64,000 bases of DNA from Candidatus Aminicenantes bacterium. Its GTDB lineage: Bacteria > Acidobacteriota > Aminicenantia > Aminicenantales > Aminicenantaceae. The position numbers and the translations under genes are program-made. The stretch is taken from positions 13,373 through 77,372 of the forward strand of contig JAFGMO010000018.1 of NCBI GenBank assembly GCA_016927475.1, written 5' to 3'. Shown one piece after another: positions 19,323-28,494 of this stretch. The number at the start of each line of letters is the position of its first letter. Within the stretch, counting starts at the first letter, position 1. The notes below the pieces were generated by a model. It ran no database searches and was not told the DNA's origin. It saw only the letters and a list, made by a program, of their open reading frames with translations.

Positions 19323-20597
19323 TCAGCCTGTGAATCGGGAAATGATAAGGCTGGCGTTTTGTCCACCAAATCCAAAGCTGTTGGATAAAACATTGTTCAC
19401 AGGGAATTCAACCGGCGCCTTGGAAGGGATGTTGAGGTCGATTTCGGGGTCCATTTCGAAAAGATTGATGGAAGGATGGACAATTCCTTTCTGAATGGCC
19501 AGGATTGAGGCAATGGCTTCTGTTCCGCTGGCCGCCCCGATCAGGTGTCCAATCATGGATTTTGTGCTGTGGACATAAATTTGGTCCGTACGTTCTCCAA
19601 AAACTTGCCGGATAGCCCGGCTTTCCGCCACGTCTCCCAGGATGGTCGAAGTGCCGTGGGCATTAATGAGTTCGATGTCTCCCTTGTTGAGCTGAGCGTT
19701 TTGAAGGGCGAGGGCCATCGCCGCTGCGGCGCCTTTTCCTTCCGGATCGGGAGCGACAAGGTCATAGGCATCACAGGACAATCCGAATCCTTTGAGTTCG
19801 GCATAGATGTTGGCGCCTCTTTTTTTTGCGAATTCCAGTTCTTCCAAACAGAGGACTCCTGCTCCCTCGCTGAGAACAAAACCGTCCCGGTCCTTATCGA
19901 AGGGCCGGCTGGCCGTTTCCGGGCTGTCGTTTCTCCGGGAAAGGGCATAGATAATGGAGAATCCGGAGTAGCCGGCTTCATTGAGGACTCCTTCCGTTCC
20001 ACCGCATATCATAACATCGGCTGCGCCTGCTTTGATCAGCACCATGGCGCTTATAATGGCGTGATTGCTTGTGGCGCATGCGGAATTAACGGAAAAATTC
20101 GGTCCCTGAAAATGGAATTCTTTGGCGAAGAAAGCCGGCGGCATGTTGGGTATAACGCCCACGGCATAATAAGGAGAGACGGATTCCATTCCTTGTTTTT
20201 GTATCCTTTTGCACATTTCGAAATGGAGTCCATTTCCTGCATCCCCAGTGCCGATGACGGCTCCGAACCGAAAGGGATTTTTTTCAACCAGGGAAGGCTC
20301 GAGCCCTGCGTCCTTATAAGCCTGGACCGCGGCGACATGGCCGAAAACAATGAACCTGTCGACGCGTTTGAGAAGTTTTTTTGGGAAAAAGTCACCGATA
20401 TTATCCGGAAAGTCGACCTCTCCTCCAATCCTGACATTAAACTCGCTTAAATCCGTATGTTGGGCCGTTCTGACACCTGATTTTCCGGCGGTCAGGTTTT
20501 CCCAAAATTCCTGGACATTGTTTCCTATGGGATTGATCGTTCCCATGCCGGTGACGACAACCCTACGTTCACCGAAATTATTTTTTGTGGATCTCAT
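19323..20597 (-). CDS. fabF: Beta-ketoacyl-ACP synthase II
   Basis: RVVVTGMGTINPIGNNVQEFWENLTAGKSGV; catalytic triad regions SACATSNHAI, NAHGTSTILGD, HSTKSMIGHLIGAAS; C-terminal NSFGFGGQNASL. Confidence 0.85.
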   Translation of the reverse strand: MRSTKNNFGERRVVVTGMGTINPIGNNVQEFWENLTAGKSGVRTAQHTDLSEFNVRIGGEVDFPDNIGDFFPKKLLKRVDRFIVFGHVAAVQAYKDAGLEPSLVEKNPFRFGAVIGTGDAGNGLHFEMCKRIQKQGMESVSPYYAVGVIPNMPPAFFAKEFHFQGPNFSVNSACATSNHAIISAMVLIKAGAADVMICGGTEGVLNEAGYSGFSIIYALSRRNDSPETASRPFDKDRDGFVLSEGAGVLCLEELEFAKKRGANIYAELKGFGLSCDAYDLVAPDPEGKGAAAAMALALQNAQLNKGDIELINAHGTSTILGDVAESRAIRQVFGERTDQIYVHSTKSMIGHLIGAASGTEAIASILAIQKGIVHPSINLFEMDPEIDLNIPSKAPVEFPVNNVLSNSFGFGGQNASLIISRFTG

Positions 20598-20739
20598 TTT
20601 AGCAATTTTTTCCCACGTCCTTAAGCGTTATTTTCTTGGACCTTTTTTGGACTCAACGGACTTTTAATCTTATCAATCAGGAAAAAATTGTCAATGAAAC
20701 GTTGAAAAATTCAGGTAAATCCGGTTTTTTTTCAGCAGG

Positions 20740-21165
20740 TCAGATGAAAATTTCCTTGAAAACAGGATTGGGCCCCATTTTTTTGATGCTTTCGGTGAAT
20801 TCGTTGGTGACTTTTTCGTAACGGGGTGCTTCCGAAGCTGAAACCCACCACAACCCTATGCGTTTTTCATCAAGGCCCAGGGTTTTTAAAATGGTGTCGA
20901 GCATTACATATCTCCGCCTCGTGCTGTAATTGCCTTTTTGGTAATGGCAGTCTCCCGGGTGACAGCCCATCATCATGACGCCGTCAGCACCCTTTAAGTA
21001 GGTTCTCAAAACAAAAAGGGGATCGATTCTACCCGAACACATGACTCTTATGATCCGGATGGAAGGAGGGATGTGCATCCGGGCCGTACCGGCGAGGTCC
21101 GCTCCTGTGTAGGAACACCAATTGCATAAAAAACCGATGATTGTCGGTGTGAAATCTTTATCCAT
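20740..21165 (-). CDS. mvhD: MvhD/FlpD-like hydrogenase-delta-type iron-sulfur subunit (copy 1)
   Basis: IIGFLCNWCSYTGADLAG...VMCSGRIDP...GCHPGDCHY is the MvhD family Cys pattern. Confidence 0.8.
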   Translation of the reverse strand: MDKDFTPTIIGFLCNWCSYTGADLAGTARMHIPPSIRIIRVMCSGRIDPLFVLRTYLKGADGVMMMGCHPGDCHYQKGNYSTRRRYVMLDTILKTLGLDEKRIGLWWVSASEAPRYEKVTNEFTESIKKMGPNPVFKEIFI

Positions 21166-21192
21166 TATAATCGTCCTTTTTTGAAAGAGACT

Positions 21193-22305
21193 TTAATGTT
21201 CTCCAACTTCCTTAAATTCTTCTTCCTTGAATGTACCTGAAGGTACGGGCTCTTCGATGTCTTTTCCAGGAGAATACTGGAATACGTCCTGAAGAGCGGC
21301 TCCGACTTTGGTGAAAACGTCGGCAACCGGAATATTAACCGGGCATACATCGGAGCACATGCCACAGGCAACACAAGAAACAGCCATATGGCTCATTCTG
21401 CCGAGATGATAAAACAGGGTGCCCGGGGGGATCTTAAGTCCGCCCTTGTGTTCCAGTTCGGATTCATAACTTTCAGGTTTATATTCGCAAGTTTTTGAAT
21501 CAAAATCGCAAAGTGTACAGTAACAAATAGGGCAAGCTTCACCACATCCATGACATCCCAAACAAGCCGCGAAAACCCTGGAAAAACCGCTGATCCCGTT
21601 TCCCGTTTTTTCGAAATCCTTAAAGAGTTTTTCCTTGTTTTCTTTCCGTTTGGATTTTAATTTTTCCGTTTCGGAAGATTCGATTTCCGCGGAAATGGTG
21701 TTTCCAGGAGCATCCTTGGCAAAATTTTCACCTTGTTTTGTATTGAGGTAAATAATGCATTCTTTGTCCGCATCTTTTTTCCCAACGGTCAGCACGGTCA
21801 TGTCAGCCAATTGCGGAAGGAAATTATCACAGCTCTGGCATGTTTTCCTAACATCCGGTGAGTTTTCTGCCTTCTTGAGAGATTCGGCGTAGCTGGAAGA
21901 ACGTTTTTTTGCATCCCCGTTGTTCATCGTATCAATAGGGAAAACACCACCGCAGCTCAAACTGATAAGAAGGATATTTTCCAGGCTGCCTTGGGCTCTT
22001 TTAATGAGTTCGACAAAAGCCCTTAATTCACAAGGGCGAAGAACCGCAGCAACAGGGCGTTTGGTTTTTTCAGCTAAAGTAAAATGGGAGAGAATTTTTC
22101 CCGCATTGACGGGCATATGCGGATCCAAAGGAACCGCTCCTTTCAGCTCATCCTTGTTTGTGATTAATGAATATGCAATGTTTCCGTTTTTGTTGAGTTT
22201 CTTGAGAGAAAAAATTCCCTCAACCTTTTCACTGTCTAGGAGGAATTCAAGCAGTTGAAGTAATCCTTCTTCCGTATTTTTATTGATTTTAAGTGCTTTG
22301 GCCAT
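21193..22305 (-). CDS. Iron-sulfur protein with C-terminal 2x[4Fe-4S] module, AsrA/HydB/FrhB-like (paralog A)
   Basis: CLGCHGCGEACPICYCTLCDFD and CVACGMCSDVCPVNIP; C-x2-C-x2-C-x3-C-P-x-C-x-C pattern as in anaerobic sulfite reductase subunit A-type proteins. Assignment tentative. Confidence 0.5.
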   Translation of the reverse strand: MAKALKINKNTEEGLLQLLEFLLDSEKVEGIFSLKKLNKNGNIAYSLITNKDELKGAVPLDPHMPVNAGKILSHFTLAEKTKRPVAAVLRPCELRAFVELIKRAQGSLENILLISLSCGGVFPIDTMNNGDAKKRSSSYAESLKKAENSPDVRKTCQSCDNFLPQLADMTVLTVGKKDADKECIIYLNTKQGENFAKDAPGNTISAEIESSETEKLKSKRKENKEKLFKDFEKTGNGISGFSRVFAACLGCHGCGEACPICYCTLCDFDSKTCEYKPESYESELEHKGGLKIPPGTLFYHLGRMSHMAVSCVACGMCSDVCPVNIPVADVFTKVGAALQDVFQYSPGKDIEEPVPSGTFKEEEFKEVGEH

Positions 22306-22308
22306 TTT

Positions 22309-23547
22309 TTATGCCTTTCCTAATAAACTTTGATCACATTCACATGGGATCTCAACCTCACAGAATTCATCTTTCAAAAAGGACTGCAGCGGCAGCGGTA
22401 CGTTTCTATCGGTTCCCGGAACATACTGAAAACTCTTCTGGGTTTGATCCCCGACCATGGAAAATATCTGGGATACGGGAACGGACATGGGACAGGCATC
22501 TTCGCAAGCCCCGCAGGAAACACAGGATAGAACCATGTGTGACATCCTTCCAAGGTGGAATAACAAAGTGTCTAAAGGAAACCGGAGAGATCCTCTTTCC
22601 TGTGCCCGTTGGAGATAGGTTTCGGGTGAGTTTTCCAGGATTTTTGAGTCAAAATAGCACTGCTGGCAATAGCATACGGGACAGACCCTCATGCAGTTAT
22701 GGCAGTTGATACAAGCATCTAAGGCGGTGGTAAAGTTTTCGATACCGCCGATTTTTTCCTGCCATTCTTTATTGAATGATTCTCTATTTTTTAGAGCCGA
22801 TTGTCGTATTTTTTCACCGGCGGCTTTCCAATATTCCAGCGAATCGTCCTGGGATAGCTCCAGCTTTTCCAGGAGGTCCTTTCCCTTGGAGGTTGAAGCC
22901 GTAAGACAGAGTTTTTTTCCGTTTCCTCCGAAAAAGCCGATGTGAAGGTCAGCGGCGGAATGGTTCTCTGTGTCTGGTGAAGAAGAGGCTTTTGTCTCTT
23001 CGGTTGAAGGTGATGAGAGAAGACTGAAATGTTGGCAGATTTGACAGACAGGCCTTAAAGCTTCGTTTTTGTCCCCTTTTTGTACAATTTTCTCAAAGTT
23101 TTCCTTTGATTTTATCGGGTTGTCCATGTATTCCTTAAGGGGTAGGGCTCCGGGACAATCTATGCTAATAAGATGGATGTGTTCTAATTTAACCTGGTTC
23201 AGTTTATAGAGTTCCACAGCGGCTCGTATTTCGCAGGGCCGCATGAGAGCGCCGATTTTAAGATAAACATCTCCCTGCTTGGTAATACTATCAAGAGCTC
23301 TTCCTCCCTGAACCGTCATAACAGGCGGTAGGGGGTCGGCTGCGTCAAGCAGCGTCTCATCCTCAAGCAGAACCCAGGCGTACGATTCCGTTTCCGGCGC
23401 CTTCATGGGAACCAGAACTGCATCCAAGGTGTTGTTTTTGAGGAGTTTTTTCAATAGCCCTTTTATGGTTTTTCGAAGATCGCCTTCAACGGAAAGAATC
23501 TTTCCTGTCGCGGTTTTCTCTTTTTTTTCCTTACCTGTGGAGTTCAT
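22309..23547 (-). CDS. Iron-sulfur protein, AsrA/HydB/FrhB-like (paralog B of 21193..22305)
   Basis: CINCHNCMRVCPVCYCQQCYFDS and CVSCGACEDACPMSVP. N-terminal domain collinear with paralog A (RPCEIRAAVEL vs RPCELRAFVEL). Confidence 0.5.
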   Translation of the reverse strand: MNSTGKEKKEKTATGKILSVEGDLRKTIKGLLKKLLKNNTLDAVLVPMKAPETESYAWVLLEDETLLDAADPLPPVMTVQGGRALDSITKQGDVYLKIGALMRPCEIRAAVELYKLNQVKLEHIHLISIDCPGALPLKEYMDNPIKSKENFEKIVQKGDKNEALRPVCQICQHFSLLSSPSTEETKASSSPDTENHSAADLHIGFFGGNGKKLCLTASTSKGKDLLEKLELSQDDSLEYWKAAGEKIRQSALKNRESFNKEWQEKIGGIENFTTALDACINCHNCMRVCPVCYCQQCYFDSKILENSPETYLQRAQERGSLRFPLDTLLFHLGRMSHMVLSCVSCGACEDACPMSVPVSQIFSMVGDQTQKSFQYVPGTDRNVPLPLQSFLKDEFCEVEIPCECDQSLLGKA

Positions 23548-23585
23548 TCTTTTCTCCTTTTCTGCTGACTCGTAACTTTTGCATA

Positions 23586-25268
23586 TTAACGCAGGGCTTC
23601 CAGGACTTCTCTGTAGAGTTGGGTATAGGTAAAATGTTTGGAGCGTATGGCTCCTGATGGACAGCTGCCGACACAGCTCCCACAGCCTCTACAGATGGCC
23701 TCGTTGACGACGGATACCCCTTTGTGAGGATCAAAGCTGATCGCCCCGTAAAAACAAACTGAGAGGCAGGTCTGGCATCCTGTGCAGAATTCTTCCCGGA
23801 CTACCGAAACTTTAACCTCGGGTTTGATCTTTTTGCCCGGAATCAAGCTGGAGATGATATTTCCTGCTGTGGCTTGTGCCTGAATGATTGATTCAGGTAT
23901 GTTTTTCGGTCCAAGGGAACATCCGGCTGCGAACACTCCTTCGATGGGGGTGGCGATGGGTTCAAGCATCCCATGGGCTTCTTTGATAAAACCGGTTGGA
24001 TCGAGGGGAAGATTCAGCATTTCGGCAATCTTTTTTGAATCGGCGGACGGAATCATAGCGGGAGAAAGAACGGCCATGTCGACAGAAATTTTTTTTGATT
24101 TTCCGTCGATTTTGTATTCTACAGAAATCTGACCGCCCTCTGCCTTGATGTTGACAATCTCATTTGATCTGAGAAATTTGACTCCCTTCTTTTCAACTTC
24201 TTCGTAATAATCCTGGTCCGCTTTATTGGGAAGACAAAGGTCCCGATAGATCTCCGTTACGTCCACATCCTTGATTTTATCTTTAAGGAAATGGGCATTT
24301 TTAAGGATGTTAAGACAGCATGTTTTGGAGCAGTAACCTTTTTCACTCCGTCCGACACAATGGATAAGGGCGAGGGACCGGGGTGGTTTGCCGTTTTTGA
24401 GAAGGACCTTTTCCGTTTTTATCATCTCTTCCAGTTGAAGAGAGGTTACGACGTTATCAACTTTCCCCAACCCATAGGCAGGATTTTCTTCCGGATTAAA
24501 GAGATCAAATCCTGTGGCGACGACGACAGCTCCCACTTTGATTTCCTGCTCGCCGGCATTTTCCCCTTTTTGTATAACCACCTCAAAATTGCCGAGGAAA
24601 CCCCGGGCGTCCACAACCTGGCTTCCTGTAAAAACTTCGATATGGGCGTTTTTATTCAATGTGTCGATTTTTTCTTGTATAAGTGAAAGAGTGGAACCCT
24701 GATGTGGTAAAAGCCGGGACAGTTTGTTGGCCTTGCCTCCCAGTTCTTCGGATTTTTCGACAATGAAAACCTTCCTATCCTCACCGGCCAAGGAAAGTGC
24801 GGTTTCGATCCCGGAAATACCTCCTCCTATGACGAGAACATCGGTGCAGACTTCCAATTCCTTTTTTGTTAAGGCTTGGTGAAGGGAGACGCGGCTAATT
24901 CCGGCACGGATATATTTGATGGCTTTTTCGGTGGCTGCTTCTTTGTCCGGTATCATCCAGGCACATTGTTCCCTGATATTGACCAATTGAACAAGATAAG
25001 GATTGAGCCCCGCCCGCTCAGCAACGGTCATAAAAGTCTGTTCATGGTCCCGGGGGGAACAGGCGGCGATGACAACATGAGTCAGCTCTTCCTTTCGCAT
25101 TTCGTCTTCAAGGTATTTTTTCCCGTCATTGGAACAAAGAAGGCCAAATCGCTTGGCTACTTTGACATGGGGAAGAGAAGCTATCGCTTCCAAAACTTTG
25201 TCGATATCAATCTTTTCTCCAATGTTGGGCCCGCATTCACAAACATAAACTCCTATATTTCCATTCAT
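23586..25268 (-). CDS. hdrA: Heterodisulfide reductase subunit A-like / QmoB-type flavoprotein (without fused MvhD domain)
   Basis: IGVYVCECGPNIGEKIDIDKV N-terminus; FAD fold VLVIGGGISGIETALSLA...VEKSEELGGK; C-terminal ferredoxin CTGCQTCLSVCFYGAI and CRGCGSCVGSCPSGAI; 560 aa. Confidence 0.8.
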   Translation of the reverse strand: MNGNIGVYVCECGPNIGEKIDIDKVLEAIASLPHVKVAKRFGLLCSNDGKKYLEDEMRKEELTHVVIAACSPRDHEQTFMTVAERAGLNPYLVQLVNIREQCAWMIPDKEAATEKAIKYIRAGISRVSLHQALTKKELEVCTDVLVIGGGISGIETALSLAGEDRKVFIVEKSEELGGKANKLSRLLPHQGSTLSLIQEKIDTLNKNAHIEVFTGSQVVDARGFLGNFEVVIQKGENAGEQEIKVGAVVVATGFDLFNPEENPAYGLGKVDNVVTSLQLEEMIKTEKVLLKNGKPPRSLALIHCVGRSEKGYCSKTCCLNILKNAHFLKDKIKDVDVTEIYRDLCLPNKADQDYYEEVEKKGVKFLRSNEIVNIKAEGGQISVEYKIDGKSKKISVDMAVLSPAMIPSADSKKIAEMLNLPLDPTGFIKEAHGMLEPIATPIEGVFAAGCSLGPKNIPESIIQAQATAGNIISSLIPGKKIKPEVKVSVVREEFCTGCQTCLSVCFYGAISFDPHKGVSVVNEAICRGCGSCVGSCPSGAIRSKHFTYTQLYREVLEALR

Positions 25269-25301
25269 TTTATTTTATCCTCTTCATGATATCGTCCTCT
25301 T

Positions 25302-26576
25302 TTATTGGAGATGCAAAAGGACTTTTCCAACGGCTGCCTCTGCTTGGGCGATGGAGTCAGGAATGTCTTTAGGTCCTTCTGCACATCCCGCGATGAAGAT
25401 GCCTTTTTTTTCAGTTATAACGGGAGAAAGCTGTTGGTTTTGTGTGGCAAAAAAACCGTGTGTGTCCAACCCGACGCCCAGAATTTTTGCTAGAGTTTCC
25501 GTATCTTTTCCAGGAATGAGAGCTGGTGAAAGGATGACCATGTCGGCTTTGATTTTTTGGTCTTGCCCATTTTCTTCGCTGCAGGTGATCTCGATATTCC
25601 CATTCGATTTTCCGACGTGAATTTCATTAAAGCGGATAAAATTTACCCCTTTCTTCCGAGTGCTTTCATAAAAATTTTGATAGGATTTTCCTGGAATGCA
25701 GAGATCCCTGTAGAATTCATGAATTTTTGCATCAGGGGCTTTATGTTTGAGAAATTGAGCGATTTTGGCGGAATACATACAACAAACTCCGGAACAGTAA
25801 CCCAGTTCTTTTCTCCCGATACAATGAATGATTCCAATGGATTTGATGGGTTTATCGTCTCTTAAGACCAATTTGCCTTCAGTGGGCCCGTTTTGGGCAT
25901 AAAGCCTTTCAAATTCCATGGCCGTATAGACATTCGGATATTTCCCGTAGCCGTACTCGTCCAAAGGTTTGACGTCGAACATGTCGAATCCTGTTGTGAC
26001 GATAATGGCTCCAACGTCGATCTTGACCTTCTCATCTTTTTGGGAAAAATCAACGGCATCAAACATACATGCTTCCTGGCATGCTTTGCAGTCTTTCTTT
26101 TTCCCGTTAAGCCGAAGGCAGTTCGCCGGATCGATGGTGGGAACATTCGGCAGAGCTCCCGGGCAGGGAACGGATATGGCTTTTTTCTTTGAGAGGTTTT
26201 CTTCAAATGTGTTGTCGAGTTCAACGGGACAGGGGTCAAAACAGGCATTGCAACCTATGCAGTTTTCAAGGCTGACATAGCGTGCTTTTTTTTCGATTTC
26301 GACCTCATAGCTGTCGCTTTTTTCCTCAACTTTTTTTAACGTACTGAGCAGGGATACTTCAATATCCTCATTTTGGAGGACATCCTGTTGGATGGGAGCT
26401 ACCATACAGGTAGCACACTCCATGTTTGGATAAACCTCTTCAAATTTGATGGTTTGACCGCCGATGAGTGATTCTCTTTCGATCAGATGTACTTTTACTC
26501 CCGCCTGGGCAAGCAAAAGGCTTGCCTTCATTCCGGCTACTCCTGCTCCGACCACCATAACATTATGTTGTTTCAT
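25302..26576 (-). CDS. Short HdrA-like flavoprotein, QmoA-type
   Basis: VMVVGAGVAGMKASLLLAQAG...IERESLIGGQ; ECATCMVAP; inserted ferredoxin CIGCNACFDPCP and CKACQEACMFDAV; 424 aa, QmoA size. Confidence 0.75.
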   Translation of the reverse strand: MKQHNVMVVGAGVAGMKASLLLAQAGVKVHLIERESLIGGQTIKFEEVYPNMECATCMVAPIQQDVLQNEDIEVSLLSTLKKVEEKSDSYEVEIEKKARYVSLENCIGCNACFDPCPVELDNTFEENLSKKKAISVPCPGALPNVPTIDPANCLRLNGKKKDCKACQEACMFDAVDFSQKDEKVKIDVGAIIVTTGFDMFDVKPLDEYGYGKYPNVYTAMEFERLYAQNGPTEGKLVLRDDKPIKSIGIIHCIGRKELGYCSGVCCMYSAKIAQFLKHKAPDAKIHEFYRDLCIPGKSYQNFYESTRKKGVNFIRFNEIHVGKSNGNIEITCSEENGQDQKIKADMVILSPALIPGKDTETLAKILGVGLDTHGFFATQNQQLSPVITEKKGIFIAGCAEGPKDIPDSIAQAEAAVGKVLLHLQ

Positions 26577-26594
26577 TTTTTGTTTTTCCCTTCC

Positions 26595-27020
26595 TCAGAT
26601 TTTGGGATTCTTGTGGATGGGATTAGGACCCATTTTTGTGATTTCGTCGGAGAATTTGTTGACTACTTCTGCGTATCTTTTTCCTTCTGATGCGGAAACC
26701 CAGGATAGTTGAAGCCGGTCGGGTTCAAGCTTCAAAGTTTCCATGATCTTTTTCAGCAGGGCGAATCTTCTTCGGGCGTAATAATTTCCCTGTTCGTAAT
26801 GACAGTCGCCGGGATGGCACCCGGCTATAAGAACACCGTCGGCTCCCCAGAGAAGTGCCGTCAGGACAAGGTTTGAATTTATCCGGCTTGAACACATAAC
26901 ACGTATCACGGATAGATAAGGCTTGACTTCCATTTTGCTTGAACCGGCAAGATCAGCACCTGCATAGGAGCACCAGTTGCACAAAAAGCCCACAATATTC
27001 GGTTTAAAATCGGAACTCAT
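26595..27020 (-). CDS. mvhD: MvhD/FlpD-like iron-sulfur subunit (copy 2)
   Basis: IVGFLCNWCSYAGADLAG...VMCSSRIN...GCHPGDCHY; paralog of 20740..21165. Confidence 0.8.
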   Translation of the reverse strand: MSSDFKPNIVGFLCNWCSYAGADLAGSSKMEVKPYLSVIRVMCSSRINSNLVLTALLWGADGVLIAGCHPGDCHYEQGNYYARRRFALLKKIMETLKLEPDRLQLSWVSASEGKRYAEVVNKFSDEITKMGPNPIHKNPKI

Positions 27021-27103
27021 TTTTTCTCTCTTTCTGATTAAGTTCCGAAGGGAGACTTATCTTCTTCCTTCGGATGGTTATCGCGGATGTTTTAAGAGAG
27101 TGA

Positions 27104-27328
27104 TTAAAACTGAATTTGGGCAGTGTGTTTTCCCTCGGCATCCGTATTGCAGAAAAGAAGTGTTTTTCCCGTCTTTTCTGACCAGGCTTTGATATCTTTG
27201 GGAAAAGATTCGCAGTCGGCTACGACTTCAAGAATATCTCCCGCGCTCATCTTAGGGGCGAGGGCCGCCACTTTAAGAATGGGCTGGGGGCATTTTAATC
27301 CTAAAGCGTCCAATGTTTGATTAGCCAT
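27104..27328 (-). CDS. tusA: TusA-like sulfurtransferase
   Basis: 74 aa; LDALGLKCPQPILKV with the CPxP persulfide-carrier motif at the canonical position. Confidence 0.75.
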   Translation of the reverse strand: MANQTLDALGLKCPQPILKVAALAPKMSAGDILEVVADCESFPKDIKAWSEKTGKTLLFCNTDAEGKHTAQIQF

Positions 27329-27372
27329 TTTATTCCTCCTTATTGAATAAAAAATGTATAAATGATATGGAC

Positions 27373-27726
27373 TCAGAATGAAAACGTTATCGTTGCGTCC
27401 TTGATTTCATTAATAAACGTGGTGGCACCGATAATTTCCACGCCTTCTCTGAAATCTTCTTTTTTCAGGTCTTTAGCTTCCAGGGCCAATTCACAGACAT
27501 AAATCTTGCCTCCCAGAGTACAAAGGCCTTCGTAGAGTTCCAGCAAGTTCGGCAGACCTTTTCCTTCCATTTTTTCGATCACGCCTTTAACCATAGCAGG
27601 TGCTCCTCCGGGACAGAAAAAAATGTGGACTTCGTCTCCTGATGCAGCGGCTGATGAGCCGAGAATAAAAGGCGGAAAAACATTTTTTCCTTCTGTACCG
27701 TTAACCGTAATCGCTACTTTGGACAT
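27373..27726 (-). CDS. DsrE/DsrF(DsrE2)-like sulfur-relay protein
   Basis: 117 aa; MSKVAITVNG...HIFFCPGGAP...KIYVCELAL, the DsrE-family fold pattern with conserved Cys. Immediately upstream of tusA in the same operon. Confidence 0.6.
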   Translation of the reverse strand: MSKVAITVNGTEGKNVFPPFILGSSAAASGDEVHIFFCPGGAPAMVKGVIEKMEGKGLPNLLELYEGLCTLGGKIYVCELALEAKDLKKEDFREGVEIIGATTFINEIKDATITFSF

Positions 27727-27812
27727 TTAAACCTCCTGAATTTTAAGTGATGTATTTTTTGAAAACACAAAAACGAGATGGAAAGGAATACCGATTTTTG
27801 TATCTTTCCAGC

Positions 27813-28091
27813 TCATTTGACAGCCTGTATGATTTTATTTATGAGATCTCTTTTCGTCAAAAAATAACAGCGCAGGTTTCCTTGCTGGCGGTAATTCACG
27901 ATGCCGCTGTATTTAAGGATGTTCAGATGCTGAGAAATGTTGGGTTGGGTGACATTAAAAAGGTCCTTAATGTCGTTTACGCATCTTTCGTCTTCTAAAA
28001 GAAGCTCAACCATGTGAAGACGTATGGGATGGGACAAGGCTTTAAAAATCTGGGCGTTTCGAATGCGTATTTCTTTCTTTTCGGGTGTCAT
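27813..28091 (-). CDS. ArsR/SmtB-family transcriptional regulator (possible persulfide/sulfur-responsive repressor)
   Basis: ALSHPIRLHMVELLLEDERCVNDIKDLFNVTQPNISQHLNILKYSGIV is an ArsR HTH; two Cys (ERC, LRC). First gene of the sulfur-relay/Hdr-like operon. Confidence 0.75.
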   Translation of the reverse strand: MTPEKKEIRIRNAQIFKALSHPIRLHMVELLLEDERCVNDIKDLFNVTQPNISQHLNILKYSGIVNYRQQGNLRCYFLTKRDLINKIIQAVK

Positions 28092-28494
28092 GAAAACACT
28101 TTTAACTAATTAATTATTTAATTATCCGGTTAAGTGGGAAACACTTTATAATACAAATGAAAAAAATTTTCAATGGTTTTTTAATTGTTTTTTAAATTTT
28201 GATTTTATGTTTCATGGTTTTTGGTCTTTCTCCCATGGTTGTTTTGTCTCCCCTGCAAAAGATGTACGCCATCGGACATGGATTGTTTCACAATGAAACA
28301 GATTTTGGTTCCTTTAGGATTTATATGAGAGGATTGTTTCTAAGATTTCTGGTTTTATTATAGGCTTGGAATGGGGAGTACGTTTTTGTGTTGATATTGG
28401 CATATTCATTGCATTTTATTAAACATTTGGAACGGGCCGGGCAAAAAAATAAAATGCGGCTCGTCGTTATCAGACTCGGCCCGTTCTAAGATGT

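Noticed and set aside
19545-20450. 301-aa plus-strand ORF inside fabF
   Set aside because: Antisense shadow of FabF (full catalytic-triad motifs on the minus strand).
28092-28494. Possible tRNA/rRNA or CRISPR in the 400-bp AT-rich region upstream of arsR (a hairpin GAACGGGCCG...CGGCCCGTTC at ~28431..28487 was seen)
   Set aside because: No cloverleaf-compatible arms, no regularly spaced direct repeats. The hairpin has a ~37-nt loop and no T-tract, so it is not called as a terminator. The AT-rich stretch with TAATTAATTA palindrome (28105..28130) may be an ArsR operator but cannot be supported from sequence alone.
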